A DNA stretch of 64,000 nt from Rhodoplanes serenus (GCA_945893145.1 CAMDDZ010000025.1:196-64195); one strand, 5' to 3'; counted from the first letter of the stretch, positions 1 to 10,233 are shown. The notes: generated by a model from the letters alone, not told the origin. Numbers and translations are program-made.

Positions 1-239
1 AGGATTGGCTGGAAATTCTCGGCTGCGGCATGGTGCATCCGAACGTGCTGCGTAATTGCGGGCTCGATCCCGATGAATACCAAGGTTTCGCCTGGGGCTT
101 GGGCATCGACCGCATCGCCATGCTGAAATACGGCATGCCGGATTTGCGCGCCTTCTTCGAGGCCGACGTGCGCTGGCTTTCGCACTACGGCTTCCGGCCG
201 CTCGACTTCCCGACGCTCGCGGGAGGATTGAGCACGTGA
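1..239 (+). CDS. pheS: phenylalanine--tRNA ligase alpha subunit, C-terminal fragment (5' end outside window)
   Basis: Translation ...[32 protein letters not shown] matches the conserved PheS C-terminus. It lies directly upstream of pheT. Confidence 0.9.
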   Translation, partial: DWLEILGCGMVHPNVLRNCGLDPDEYQGFAWGLGIDRIAMLKYGMPDLRAFFEADVRWLSHYGFRPLDFPTLAGGLST

Positions 240-285
240 CTTGTTACCTCGCATCGAAAGCACACGGACGCTGCGGCTCGCTCCG

Positions 286-325
286 GACCTGTTCCCTCCC
301 CCGCTTGCGGGGGAGGGAACAGGTC
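286..325. repeat. perfect 17-bp stem / 6-nt loop hairpin (REP-like) in the pheS-pheT spacer
   Basis: GACCTGTTCCCTCCCCC-gcttgc-GGGGGAGGGAACAGGTC read directly. It sits between the pheS stop (239) and the pheT ATG (343). Confidence 0.8.
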
Positions 326-342
326 AGCGCGAGGGGTACGCT

Positions 343-2760
343 ATGAAATTCACCCTCTCCTGGCTCAAGGAACATCTCGACACCGACGCGACGCTCGCGG
401 CGATCACCGACAAGCTGACGATGATCGGGCTTGAGGTCGAGAAGGTCGAAGACAAGGGCAAAGCGCTGGCGCCCTACGTGATCGCCAAGGTGGTCGAGGC
501 CAAGCAGCATCCCAACGCCGACCGGCTGCGCGTCTGCATGGTCGATACCGGCGACGGCCAGCCCGTGCAGGTCGTCTGCGGCGCGCCGAACGCCCGCACT
601 GGCATGACCGGCGTGTTCGTGCCGCCGGGCGCATTCATTCCCGGCAAGGGCATCACGCTGCAGGTCGGCACCATTCGCGGCGTCGAGAGCCGCGGCATGC
701 TGGTGTCCGAGTTCGAGCTGCAAATTTCCGACGATCACGACGGCATCATCGACCTGCCGGCCGACGCGCCGGTCGGCAAGCCCTATGCGCAATATGCCGG
801 GCTCGACGATCCGGTGATCGAGATCAATCTGACGCCCAACCGCCCGGATTGCACCGGCGTCAACGGCATCGCGCGCGACCTCGCGGCGGCGGATGTCGGC
901 GCCTACAAAGAGAACACGCCGAAAGCCGTAAAGGGCCAGTTCCCCTGCCCGGTTTCGGTCAAGTTCGACTTCGGCCAAACGCCCTCGCTCTGTCCGGCGT
1001 TCGGGCTGCGGCTGGTGAAGGGCGTCAAGAACGGCCCGGCGCCCGAGTGGCTGCAAAAGCGGCTCAAAGCGATCGGGCTGCGCCCGATCAACGCGCTGGT
1101 CGATATCACCAACCTCATCACCTACGACCGCGGCCGGCCGCTGCACGTGTTCGACGCCAAGAAGGTGAAGGGCAATCTCGTCGTACGCCGCGCACAAAAT
1201 GGCGAGCAGGTGCTGGCGCTCGACGGCAAGACCTACACGCTCGATGCCGCCATGTGCGTGATCGCCGACGACAATGGTGTGGAATCGCTCTCCGGCATCA
1301 TGGGCGGCGAAGCCTCAGGCTGCGATGCCGGCACCACCGACGTTCTGATCGAATCGGCGCTGTGGGATCCACTCAACATCGCGCAAACCGGCCGCAAGCT
1401 CGGCATCAACTCGGACGCGCGCTACCGCTTCGAGCGCGGGGTCGACCCGAATTTTATGCTGCCGGGGCTCGAGCTCGCGACCCAGATGGTGCTCGACCTT
1501 TGCGGCGGCACGCCGTCGGAGGTCACCGTCGCCGGCAAGGCCGAAGCGCCGGAAAAGATCATCGACTTCCCGACCAGTGAGTTGAAGCGTCTCGCCGGCC
1601 TCGATCTCCCGCTCACCGAAATGCGCCGTGTGCTCGTCAAGCTCGGCTTCTTCGTCGCCGGCCAGGACAAGCGCGTGAAGGTCGCGTCGCCGTCGTGGCG
1701 GCCCGACATCGAAGGCAAAGCCGACATTGTCGAAGAAATCGTGCGCATCGTCGGCGTCGATCGCATTCCGTCCACGCCGTTCGACCGCGGCGACGCGCCG
1801 CGCAAGCCGGTGCTCACTACGGCACAGGTGCGCACCCGCAAGTCCAAGCGCGCGCTGGCGTCGCGCGGCATGGTCGAGGCTGTCACCTGGTCGTTCATCT
1901 CCAAGCCGCACGCCGAATTGTTCGGCGGCGGCAAGCCGGAGCTGGCGCTGGCCAATCCGATTGCGGCCGAATTGTCCGACATGCGGCCGAGCCTCATTCC
2001 GGGCCTCGTCGCGGCGGCACAGAAGAATGCCGACCGCGGCTTCCCCGACACCGTGCTGTTCGAGGTCGGACAAATCTTCCGCGGCGACAAGCCAGAAGAT
2101 CAGCTCATTGCCGCCAGTGGCGTTCGCCGCGGCCTGGCCAAGGCATGGGGCGTCGGCCGGCACTGGTCGCGCAAGATCACCGACGTGGACGCCTACGACG
2201 TGAAGGGCGATGCCCTCACCGTGCTGGCCGCCGCTGGCGCGCCGGCGCAAGCGTTGCAGGTGGTGCCCGGCGGACCGGCATGGCTCCATCCCGGCCGCTC
2301 CGGCACGATCCAGATCGGGCCGCAAAACGTGCTCGGCTATTTCGGCGAGCTGCATCCGCGTGCCCTCGAAGGGCTCGACGCCGAAGGTCCGCTGACCGCC
2401 TTCGAGGTGATCCTCGAACGCATCCCGGAAGGCAAAGCCAAGCCGACGCGGGCCAAGCCGCCGTTGGAGCTGTCCGCGTTCCAGCCGGTGACGCGCGACT
2501 TCGCCTTCGTGGTCGACCGCGCCGTGAAGGCCGGCGACATCATGCGCACCGCGCAGGCCGTGGACCGCAAGCTGATCGCGGGTGTGAGCGTGTTCGACGT
2601 TTATGAGGGTCAGGGCATCGAGGCCGGCAAGAAGTCAGTCGCCATCGCGGTGACGATCCAGCCGCGCGAGAAGACCATGACCGATCAGGAGATCGATACG
2701 CTGGCGAGCAAAATCGTGGCCGAGGTCAGCAAGCGCACCGGCGGCGTGTTGCGCGCATGA
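343..2760 (+). CDS. pheT: phenylalanine--tRNA ligase beta subunit
   Basis: [15 protein letters not shown]-terminus, tRNA-binding, B3/4, B5 and FDX-ACB-like regions, about 805 aa. The ATG at 343 is preferred over the track start at 241. Confidence 0.93.
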   Translation: MKFTLSWLKEHLDTDATLAAITDKLTMIGLEVEKVEDKGKALAPYVIAKVVEAKQHPNADRLRVCMVDTGDGQPVQVVCGAPNARTGMTGVFVPPGAFIPGKGITLQVGTIRGVESRGMLVSEFELQISDDHDGIIDLPADAPVGKPYAQYAGLDDPVIEINLTPNRPDCTGVNGIARDLAAADVGAYKENTPKAVKGQFPCPVSVKFDFGQTPSLCPAFGLRLVKGVKNGPAPEWLQKRLKAIGLRPINALVDITNLITYDRGRPLHVFDAKKVKGNLVVRRAQNGEQVLALDGKTYTLDAAMCVIADDNGVESLSGIMGGEASGCDAGTTDVLIESALWDPLNIAQTGRKLGINSDARYRFERGVDPNFMLPGLELATQMVLDLCGGTPSEVTVAGKAEAPEKIIDFPTSELKRLAGLDLPLTEMRRVLVKLGFFVAGQDKRVKVASPSWRPDIEGKADIVEEIVRIVGVDRIPSTPFDRGDAPRKPVLTTAQVRTRKSKRALASRGMVEAVTWSFISKPHAELFGGGKPELALANPIAAELSDMRPSLIPGLVAAAQKNADRGFPDTVLFEVGQIFRGDKPEDQLIAASGVRRGLAKAWGVGRHWSRKITDVDAYDVKGDALTVLAAAGAPAQALQVVPGGPAWLHPGRSGTIQIGPQNVLGYFGELHPRALEGLDAEGPLTAFEVILERIPEGKAKPTRAKPPLELSAFQPVTRDFAFVVDRAVKAGDIMRTAQAVDRKLIAGVSVFDVYEGQGIEAGKKSVAIAVTIQPREKTMTDQEIDTLASKIVAEVSKRTGGVLRA

Positions 2761-2987
2761 TGGAGCGCCTGGCCAATCCGACCACGCGGCTGATCGGCGG
2801 CTTCGCCGCCGTGGCGCTGGTCTTCCTGCTCAGCGCGTTATGGATGATCGGTTCCGGCGATCCGGAACTCTCAGGCTATGCCTTCCCGCCGATGCTGATC
2901 GGCTTGCTGATCTTGTTCATGACGCTCTCGTTGCTCGCGCTACGGGCGCTCAATCGCATTGCGGACAAGACGCCTCCGGCCGCGTGA
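2757..2987 (+). CDS. small hypothetical membrane protein (2 predicted TM helices)
   Basis: 76-aa ORF whose ATG overlaps the pheT stop (ATGA). Two hydrophobic segments; no recognisable family. Confidence 0.45.
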   Translation: MMERLANPTTRLIGGFAAVALVFLLSALWMIGSGDPELSGYAFPPMLIGLLILFMTLSLLALRALNRIADKTPPAA

Positions 2988-3043
2988 CCCTGCGCCTGCG
3001 CTTGGGCTAAGATCGCCCCAACAAGCGTTCAGGGAGTGGCGTC

Positions 3044-4603
3044 ATGGAGATGAGCGTTCCGGCAGGCAGCAAAGCCGCGACCGTCGAGCAGCCGAGCAAC
3101 CAGCACAGGGATCGCCGCAACGCCAGCGAGCTCGACGTCTGGCTGGAGAAGGCCGAGGCGATGGGCGAGCTCAAGCGCATCACCGCCGAGGTCAGCCCCG
3201 ATCTCGAGGCCGCGCACATCACTTATCTGGTCGGCCTGACCAAAAGCCCGGCGCTGCTGTTCGAGAACATCAAGGGCCATCCCGGCCACAAGGCCCTCTA
3301 CAACATGATCGGCTGCAACCTGTCGCGGTTCTGCCTGATGATCGGTGAGGAGCCGGTCGATCACCCGCTCAAGGCGGTGCAGATCCTCCAGCAGAAGTTC
3401 GGCCGCAAGATGAAGCCGATCGAGGTGCCAGCCTCGCAGGCGGTGTCGAGCCAGAACATCCTCGAAGGCGAGGCGATCGACATCCGCCAATTCCCGGCGC
3501 AGCGCATGTGGCCGCTGGACGGCGGCATGTATCTCGGCACCAACGACGCCGTCATCACCATGGACCCGGAAACCAAGCGGGTGAACGTTGGCACCTACCG
3601 GATGATGATCAAGGGTCCGCGCGAGATCGGCGTCTACACGTCGCCCGGCAAGGACGCCGGCGCCGACCGCGACAAATGGTGGAAGATGGGCAAGCCCGCG
3701 CCGATCGCCGCGGCTTACGGCATCGACCCGCTGCTCTTTCTCGTCGGCGCCACCAGCCTGCCGAAGACCGAGAGCGAGTACGAGTACTACTCCGGCATCA
3801 AAGGCTCGCCGATCGAGCTGTTCACCTCCGACCTCACCGGCCTGCCGCTGCCCGCGCACGCCGAGATCATTCTCGAAGGCCATCTGTATCCGGACGACAC
3901 CTTCGCCGAAGGCCCGTTCGGCGAGTTCACTGGGTATTACGGGCGGCCGAGCGGCGCCACGCCATTCATGCGCGTCGAGCGGCTGCGCTTCCGCAACAAC
4001 CCGACGCTGACCTGCGCGCTGATGGCCGACGGCCCTTCGAACGAGTGCGGCCTGTTCTGGGCCGCGGTGCGCTCCGCCGGTATCTGGGCCGATCTCACCA
4101 AGCTCGGCGTGCCGGGCATCCAGGGCGTCTGGTCGATCCCGGAGGCCGCCGGTTGGGGCATGACGGTCGTCTCGATCAAGCAGATGTACGCCGGTCATGC
4201 GCCACAGGTGATGGCGCTGGCCGCGCAATGCACCGCCGGCGCTTACTTCGGCAAATACGTGATCGTGGTGGACGAAGACATCGATCCGACCAACATCGGC
4301 CAGGTGCTGTGGGCGATGGCGACGCGCTCACGCCCGGCGCACTCGATCGATATCCTGCGCGAGACCTGGAGCACGTTCCTCGATCCCAGCCAGAACCCGC
4401 CCGAGATCCGGCCGTGGGGCTCCAAAGCGCTGATCAACGCCTGCATGGATTTCCGGCACATCAAGAACTTCTCGCCGCGCACCAAGCTCGACAAGAAGAC
4501 CTACGACCAGGTGGCGGCGCGCTGGAACGAGCTCGGCTTTGCCGGCAAGGCGCCGGAGATCACGGTGTTCGAGGACAAGGTGAGCGCGAAGGAAATTACT
4601 TAA
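3044..4603 (+). CDS. UbiD-family (prFMN-dependent) decarboxylase
   Basis: 519 aa with UbiD-like blocks (LLFENIKGHP, RMWPLDGG.YLGT, GPFGEFTGYYG). AGGGAG lies upstream of the ATG. No ubiX is nearby. Confidence 0.8.
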   Translation: MEMSVPAGSKAATVEQPSNQHRDRRNASELDVWLEKAEAMGELKRITAEVSPDLEAAHITYLVGLTKSPALLFENIKGHPGHKALYNMIGCNLSRFCLMIGEEPVDHPLKAVQILQQKFGRKMKPIEVPASQAVSSQNILEGEAIDIRQFPAQRMWPLDGGMYLGTNDAVITMDPETKRVNVGTYRMMIKGPREIGVYTSPGKDAGADRDKWWKMGKPAPIAAAYGIDPLLFLVGATSLPKTESEYEYYSGIKGSPIELFTSDLTGLPLPAHAEIILEGHLYPDDTFAEGPFGEFTGYYGRPSGATPFMRVERLRFRNNPTLTCALMADGPSNECGLFWAAVRSAGIWADLTKLGVPGIQGVWSIPEAAGWGMTVVSIKQMYAGHAPQVMALAAQCTAGAYFGKYVIVVDEDIDPTNIGQVLWAMATRSRPAHSIDILRETWSTFLDPSQNPPEIRPWGSKALINACMDFRHIKNFSPRTKLDKKTYDQVAARWNELGFAGKAPEITVFEDKVSAKEIT

Positions 4604-4606
4604 ACC

Positions 4607-5044
4607 TCACTGTGTCACGACGCGCGTCATGGAAAATTGGCCGGTATCCGCGCCAATGCGCCATTGGCCGGTCACCGTGTTGCCGTCGGCCGACATGACG
4701 CCGGAATAGTCCACGCCGTGCGAAACGCCGCCGGTGCCGTCGTATAGCTTGTGGAACGCAAACACACCGCCGGGACCAACGTTCAACGACTGGCAGGCGA
4801 TGTTGCCGTAGAGGTGCGTCGCGGAGCGATTGCCGAACGTATTCGGCCCCTTGGTCTGTCCGACACACCGGCCATTGCGCATGCCGAGATCGAGCGTGAA
4901 TTCCACCTTGATGCGACCGTCATTGTAATAGTAGTAGCCCTTCCAGGCACCACCGGCGTCCTGCGCCGACGCGTTCTGAATGGCAATGCAGGCGAACGAA
5001 ATAGCAAACGCTGCGATCAATCCAATGGCGCGGACGAATGTCAT
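4607..5044 (-). CDS. secreted hypothetical protein
   Basis: Signal-peptide-like N-terminus (MTFVRAIGLIAAFAISFACIAIQNASAQ). Gly/Tyr-rich mature part; no family recognised. Start chosen at the internal ATG. Confidence 0.55.
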   Translation of the reverse strand: MTFVRAIGLIAAFAISFACIAIQNASAQDAGGAWKGYYYYNDGRIKVEFTLDLGMRNGRCVGQTKGPNTFGNRSATHLYGNIACQSLNVGPGGVFAFHKLYDGTGGVSHGVDYSGVMSADGNTVTGQWRIGADTGQFSMTRVVTQ

Positions 5045-5111
5045 GGCAAGGCCTTTCACTAATTTTGCAATGCCAACTGTCTAGCTTTCGACAGCGCCGC
5101 TGGCAACGGCA

Positions 5112-5780
5112 CTAGCCGGGCAACAAATCTGCATAAGCAAAGCCGTCGCGCTCGACGGTCTCGCCGATCGCAACCGGCACGGCCCGCTTGAGCATCGGCC
5201 CAGCCGCCACGAACGAATGAAACTCGCCGTTCTCGCCACAGGGATCGACGGCGGGTGGAAAATCCGCGAGCAACGCCTCATCGAAACGGCGGCCCGCAAA
5301 CGACTTCGGCAGTTTCTTCAGATCGACGCAAACCAGCCTCGCGTCGACGCCCGCCGCAATCATCTCGCGCGCCAGCGCCGCGGTCGGCCGATGCCAGAGC
5401 GGAAACACCGGCGTCATCCCGACCCGGGCGAGATTGCGTTCGCGATAGGCGCGCACGTCTGCGAGAAACAAATCGCCAAACACGACGTGCGTGATGCCGT
5501 CCGCCTTGGCCTTCGTCATCGCGGCCGCCATCTCGCGTTCGTAAACTTCATTCGGGCACGGATAGGGAATGCGCACCACGGTGGCCGGAAGCTCCGCTGC
5601 GTCGAGCTGCGCCATCAGCAGCTGCTCGCGCAGGCCATGAATGCTGACGCGCTTGAACGAATCCGTCACCGTGGTGATTGCGCCCACCACGTCGAGCTCG
5701 GCGGCGCGGCGCACCTCATGCAGCGCCCAGGCGCTGTCCTTGCCGCTCGACCATGCAATCAGCGCCTTGGGGCGGGCCAC
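5112..5780 (-). CDS. adenine nucleotide alpha-hydrolase (DUF71 / Dph6-like ATP pyrophosphatase) family protein
   Basis: ALIAWSSGKDSAWAL PP-loop-like motif. GTG start at 5780 chosen so the gene does not overlap the upstream amine oxidase; the start is uncertain. Confidence 0.6.
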   Translation of the reverse strand: MARPKALIAWSSGKDSAWALHEVRRAAELDVVGAITTVTDSFKRVSIHGLREQLLMAQLDAAELPATVVRIPYPCPNEVYEREMAAAMTKAKADGITHVVFGDLFLADVRAYRERNLARVGMTPVFPLWHRPTAALAREMIAAGVDARLVCVDLKKLPKSFAGRRFDEALLADFPPAVDPCGENGEFHSFVAAGPMLKRAVPVAIGETVERDGFAYADLLPG

Positions 5781-5791
5781 GCTCAATGGCG

Positions 5792-7159
5792 CTACCGCGG
5801 CCGGCGCGCAGGCGCTGGCCCCAACGCCACGCCCATCTTGCGCAGGATCGCCTCCGCCGCGCGGATGCCGGAGTCCCAGGCGCCGCCGACCGTGCCCCAC
5901 AGCGTTTCGTGCACGGCCTCGCCCGCGAAGTAGATGCGGTCACGCACGGGCTCGGTCAGAATCCCGCGCGCGCTCTGGTTTCCCGGCGCCGCGGCTGCGA
6001 TTGCGCCCAAGGCCCAGGGCTCGGCATTCCATCGCGTCGCATGGCTGCGCTTCACCGCCTTGCGAATGTCAGCGCCATAAAGGTTGGCGAGCCATTCCGT
6101 CGCGAAATCGATCATCGCGCGCTCGCCCTTGGCCGAAAGCTCGCGGCCGAAGCTGCCGCCGACATCGACCACCGCGAGCGGTGTGCCCGAGACATTGGCG
6201 AGCAGGGCCGCGGTGCGTTTGCCGTCCGATTTCTCAAACACCAGCTCATCGGGCTGCAGATTGAGCGGATTGCCGGCAAGCTCCAACGCAATGTGATCGA
6301 GACTGCCAAGCTTGAGCGCCGCGATGGCGTCGAGCTGACGCTTGGGCAACTCGGGCTCGAATTTGATCTTGCCCGCCGCCAGCACGCCGGTCGAAGCCGT
6401 GACGATGGCATAGCGGGCGGTGACGACGCCCTTTGCGGTGTGCACATCGACGCGCGCGGCGGCTGGCGTGACGATTCTCGTCACCGGCGACGAAAACTGG
6501 GCCGGCATGCCCGCGGCGAGCCGGGCGAGCAGCGCGCCGTAACCCTGGCGGCAGAACACAGCGCTGTCGCGCGGCGCCGACTTGGTGACGTCCACGGCCG
6601 AAAGCTCGTTCAGGTCTTTGCCGAACGGATAGGCGCCAAGCACGAACTCGGCCACCGGCTGCCAATCGCCAAGATTGCGCGGCAGCGCTCGCGCGCAATT
6701 GACGTCGGTCTTGCCCTGCGCGGCTTCGGCGATGCCGCGATTGGAACGGACCAGCGCGTCGAGAAAATCCTCAAGTTCGTTTTCTCGCGCATTGCGTTGG
6801 CCGATGCGGACCCGTTGACCGGTCGGCGCCGGATAGACGTTGAGCTCGGTCCACGACGTCGCCTTGGTCACGGGATTGTCGGGCCCGTAGGCCCAGTGCG
6901 CGCCGAGATCGAACGGAACACCGAATATTTTGGTGTCGGTGATGCAGCGTCCGCCGAGCCGAGCCGCCGCCTCGATCACCTCAAAACGGCGGCCGGCGGC
7001 GGCAATCCGCGTTGCGGCCGCGATGCCGGCGGCGCCAGCGCCAATGATCGCCACTTCGGTCTCGGTGGCCGGCGCCGGCGCCGCAAACGCCGGCGACGCC
7101 GCAGCAGCGGCCGAGGCAGCCAGGAAGGAACGGCGAGTAATTGGCATCATGGTTGGCAA
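5792..7159 (-). CDS. Tat-exported flavin-containing amine oxidase family protein
   Basis: Twin-arginine signal ITRRSFLAASAAAAA, followed by the dinucleotide-binding motif VAIIGAGAAGIAAA and an amine-oxidase-like C-terminus. Confidence 0.8.
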   Translation of the reverse strand: MPTMMPITRRSFLAASAAAAASPAFAAPAPATETEVAIIGAGAAGIAAATRIAAAGRRFEVIEAAARLGGRCITDTKIFGVPFDLGAHWAYGPDNPVTKATSWTELNVYPAPTGQRVRIGQRNARENELEDFLDALVRSNRGIAEAAQGKTDVNCARALPRNLGDWQPVAEFVLGAYPFGKDLNELSAVDVTKSAPRDSAVFCRQGYGALLARLAAGMPAQFSSPVTRIVTPAAARVDVHTAKGVVTARYAIVTASTGVLAAGKIKFEPELPKRQLDAIAALKLGSLDHIALELAGNPLNLQPDELVFEKSDGKRTAALLANVSGTPLAVVDVGGSFGRELSAKGERAMIDFATEWLANLYGADIRKAVKRSHATRWNAEPWALGAIAAAAPGNQSARGILTEPVRDRIYFAGEAVHETLWGTVGGAWDSGIRAAEAILRKMGVALGPAPARRPR

Positions 7160-7352
7160 ACGGTTGCGGCAAAAGGCTAGCGAACAGTGAATAACGAAAG
7201 GCTGCGAGGGATGGAAGGAATGACATCACCGTTCGCTATTCGTCATTCACGCCCAGCCCGCCTCAATGAACCGAATGACAAGGAGTTTCAGCTAGATCGG
7301 AGACGCCGAGGTGACGTGCGGCGATAACGCGCGCACCTTTTCGGGGGAAAGC

Positions 7353-8165
7353 ATGGATTGGTCGCTCGACCCAATCGGGCGTACGGTTGCCCGCTACTTG
7401 GACCGGCCTGTTGCCGGCTACGAGCCGTTCACGCCGAGCGACCCCGACGCGTTGCGCGCGACACTCGAGCCCGGCGATGTGCTGCTGGTCGAGGGCAACA
7501 ACCGCATCTCCGGCGTCATCAAGTACCTCACGCAATCGACCTGGTCGCATGCCGCGCTCTACGTCGGCCCGATCGGCGAGCGCACCACCGCTGATGGCGA
7601 ACCGCTGGTGCTGGTCGAGGCCAACATCGGCGAAGGCGTGGTCGGCGTGCCGCTGTCGAAATACCAGCGGCATCACACGCGCATCTGCCGGCCGATCGGA
7701 TTGACCGCCGACGATCGCGCGCGCGTCTGCATCTACACGGCCGAGCGCATCGGCTTCGACTACGACGTGAAGAACATCTTCGATCTGCTGCGCTACCTGT
7801 TTCCGCTGCCGGTGCCGCAGCGCTGGCGGCGGCGGATGATGGCCATGGGCTCCGGGCACCCGACCCGCATCATCTGCTCGGCGCTGATCGCACAGGCGTT
7901 CGAGTCGGTGCGCTATCCGATCTTGCCCAAGGTGACACGCGTCGAGAGCGAGGCGGCACGGCGGGAGATTCTCGAAATCCGCCACTCGTCGCTCTACGCA
8001 CCGCGCGACTTCGACATATCGCCCTACTTCCGGCTGGTGAAGCCCACGGTCGAACGCGGCTTCGACTACCGCGCCATGCAATGGGCCGATGTGGCGCCGG
8101 TCAGTTCGCCACCGCTGGTGGCTCATGCCGGGCCGGTTGCGGCCGCGCCGCAGACCGCGACCTGA
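7353..8165 (+). CDS. YiiX/DUF830-like permuted papain-fold (NlpC/P60 superfamily) protein
   Basis: PGDVLLVEGNNRISGVIKYLTQSTWSHAALYVG block typical of the family. GGGGGA lies upstream of the ATG at 7353. Confidence 0.65.
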   Translation: MDWSLDPIGRTVARYLDRPVAGYEPFTPSDPDALRATLEPGDVLLVEGNNRISGVIKYLTQSTWSHAALYVGPIGERTTADGEPLVLVEANIGEGVVGVPLSKYQRHHTRICRPIGLTADDRARVCIYTAERIGFDYDVKNIFDLLRYLFPLPVPQRWRRRMMAMGSGHPTRIICSALIAQAFESVRYPILPKVTRVESEAARREILEIRHSSLYAPRDFDISPYFRLVKPTVERGFDYRAMQWADVAPVSSPPLVAHAGPVAAAPQTAT

Positions 8166-8199
8166 GATCCTTCTGATTCTGCCGCTTGCGCGTGGCGTA

Positions 8200-8620
8200 G
8201 CCTGTGTCACCGATCCTCCTTGTGCTGCGGACGTGCGCGATCGCCGGGATTTATTCGGCGCCCGGACGCCGTCTCGTTGGTCCCTCGGGAAGCCCGAGGG
8301 GATGAAGCGCCGAGAGGCGCCGGGGCCATAGGCCCCCGCCAGACCAGCGGGTCCGGCACACGCTTGCGAGGCGCGCTGCGCCCGGTTGCGACCAGGCGCT
8401 CGCCTCTCGGCGCTCCATCGCGGCGTTCATAGGCCTCGGGCCGCGCTTGCGAACCGGGGCGCACCGCGCCCTGGCCGTCCAGCAGAGCTCCCTGCGCACG
8501 GATCGTAGTGTCCGTAGGGCGGGGTCCGAGCCTCCCGGGAGCGGGGTTGCGAAACCCGCCCGCAGGCGCCGCGTCCCACCCCGCCAGCACGACGCCTCAT
8601 GATGGCGCCCTCGGATGGGT
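8200..8620. repeat. GC-rich non-coding block of nested inverted repeats (REP-like cluster or structured RNA)
   Basis: Local hairpin CCCTCGG-gaag-CCGAGGG (8282-8300). A long-range 19-nt inverted repeat joins 8301-8319 (GATGAAGCGCCGAGAGGCG) to 8401-8419 (18/19 complementary). TTGCGA-containing units recur. No credible ORF. Confidence 0.5.
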
Positions 8621-8999
8621 AGGACAATAAACCTAGTGGACTTATTTGTTCGATTTGTAAAGTGAAAAAATTCGCGGGGCACGGCGGTTTGGGGACATCC
8701 GCTTCGCCCGGAAAGCGGACCATGTGCGCAAGTCCGGAATGTGGCGATAAGAGACCCATGCAGTACAGCAATAATGATGTTGCTCTGTTACGTCAGCGCT
8801 CGACCGCGCTCCAAGTAAAGCAACGGCAGCCATTTGTGGCGATACATCCCCCAACATCTGCCGCGACGTTGCAGCTTCGCGAACGGCAGAGGTGCCAACA
8901 ACAAAATTCCGATGCCGCCCCGTAAGACTCCGCTCATGACCATCTCATGAGCGAGCATCTTCAATTGGCAATGAGCTGTATTTTTTGATCTGATAGATC

Positions 9000-9458
9000 A
9001 TGACGGTCCACACGAAGCGTCTTCATCTGAATTATACGCCGACGCAACTATTCGACCTGGTTGCAGACGTTGAACGCTATCCGCAGTTCCTGCCCGGTGT
9101 TGCTGCCGCCAGAATTTCCAGACGTAAGGACCAGACGATCTGGGTGGACATGACCATCGGGACAAGCTTTTTACGCAAGCGATTTACAACCGTGGCACTG
9201 CTGGATAGACCGCATCGAATTGATATCAGCAGTCACGACCCGTTGTTCGAGCACTTTCAGCAAAATTGAAAATTCGAGCCTGCCAGCGAGGGCGGAACAC
9301 ATATCGAGTATCAGGTTAATTTCAAATTCCAATCACGGCTGCTGCAAGTTCTGATCGGAGGATTGTTTGCGGAGCGAGCCGCCGAAATGCTGGCCGCTTT
9401 CAAACAGCGGGCACGACAGTTGTACGGCGCTCCATCACTACCAGCAAAGAATGTTTGA
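9000..9458 (+). pseudogene. ratA: RatA/COQ10-type START (SRPBCC) quinone-binding protein gene interrupted by a single in-frame TGA (9267-9269)
   Basis: Both halves align along the whole E. coli RatA length. ...FEHFQQN*KFEP corresponds to ...LIGGWKFTP, so the stop replaces the conserved Trp codon. The same frame then continues to TGA at 9456-9458 (152 codons). Confidence 0.75.
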
Positions 9459-9527
9459 TGGGGGCCAGGGATGCAATCGCGCCCAGGCAATGATCATGCA
9501 GCCGTGCCGAGCCTGAACGCAAAGGTG

Positions 9528-10100
9528 TCAAGCAGGTTCTGGATGTTGGCCCCTGACGCAAACAGACGACATCGCACACTGTGAGCAGCGCCCTGACGGC
9601 ATAGCCTCTGGTTTAAGGCGGGGTTCTGCGCCGAGCGCGTACAGCATGTTTGCCATGATGCAGTACCCTGTGGCGGCGAACCAAACCATTGCACCTCCGA
9701 CAAACACGATGAACGTGGTCCACCAAACGCTATGCGCAAGCACCAGGATGGACGCAACCGAGATATTGATTCCCACCGCAAGATAGATTCGTCGCTCAAG
9801 ATACCAGCGGTCGGTTTGCATGAAATAAAGGTTCCAGCGCGTTGGAGTGTTGGCTCCGAGCATAGGCGTAAGGCCGAATATGCGGAGCGCATTCCCCACG
9901 GGACAAAATCCGGTGAGTGCCACATTGATGGACACAAACCCCGTCGCGGTCACGCTTAGAATCCAGATCGGCTGAAGCAGCAGAGCCAATGCCGCGCCGG
10001 TCAACAGAACAGCGCCAGCGATCAGCCAAACGGTTCTTTCGATATACCAACGGTGAGTGGGAACGATGTAAACGCCTGTGCGGAGCGTCATGATGTTCAC
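9528..10100 (-). CDS. membrane protein with two tandem DUF2892 (YgaP-like) domains
   Basis: Two repeats of the pattern RWY.ER....G....(TM)....TG(F/Y)C, i.e. ...ALTGFCPVGN and ...AATGYCIMAN. Lies downstream of menA on the same strand. Confidence 0.7.
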   Translation of the reverse strand: MNIMTLRTGVYIVPTHRWYIERTVWLIAGAVLLTGAALALLLQPIWILSVTATGFVSINVALTGFCPVGNALRIFGLTPMLGANTPTRWNLYFMQTDRWYLERRIYLAVGINISVASILVLAHSVWWTTFIVFVGGAMVWFAATGYCIMANMLYALGAEPRLKPEAMPSGRCSQCAMSSVCVRGQHPEPA

Positions 10101-10233
10101 CGTCGAAGAGTTAGGACAAAACCGGGTTCAGTCGACACCGCAAAGCGAACGTATCACGGGACGGCAGTTTTCGCCAGGAGGTGACTCGCTCAGCGGTGGC
10201 GCTGGCTCACCGCTGGAACGTGATCGCTCAAGA

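Noticed and set aside
244-1197. 317-aa minus-strand ORF, plus several others, inside pheT
   Set aside because: It is antisense to a clearly conserved pheT frame. Its Arg/Ala/Gly-rich composition is typical of high-GC shadow ORFs.
3029-4228. 399-aa minus-strand ORF, and the 396-aa +2 frame ORF (3508-4698), overlapping the UbiD-family gene
   Set aside because: Shadow ORFs. Only the 3044-4603 frame shows family motifs and an RBS.
5678-7180. 500-aa plus-strand ORF
   Set aside because: It is antisense to the Tat-signal amine oxidase gene, has Arg-rich low-complexity translation and shows no motifs.
8207-8771. Overlapping 114- to 143-aa ORFs in the 8200-8770 spacer
   Set aside because: They are Arg/Pro/Gly-rich with no motifs, and they span hairpin repeats and a GC transition. 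I treated the region as non-coding.
8166-9000. A tRNA gene, att site or integrase remnant at the island border
   Set aside because: I found no T-loop (GGTTCGAAT-like) or cloverleaf, no integrase-like ORF, and no direct repeat shared with the right border (14334-14514).
9267-9269. The TGA in the RatA-like gene as a selenocysteine codon
   Set aside because: The position aligns with a conserved Trp, not Cys/Sec. No SECIS-like hairpin is evident immediately downstream. RatA-family proteins are not known selenoproteins.
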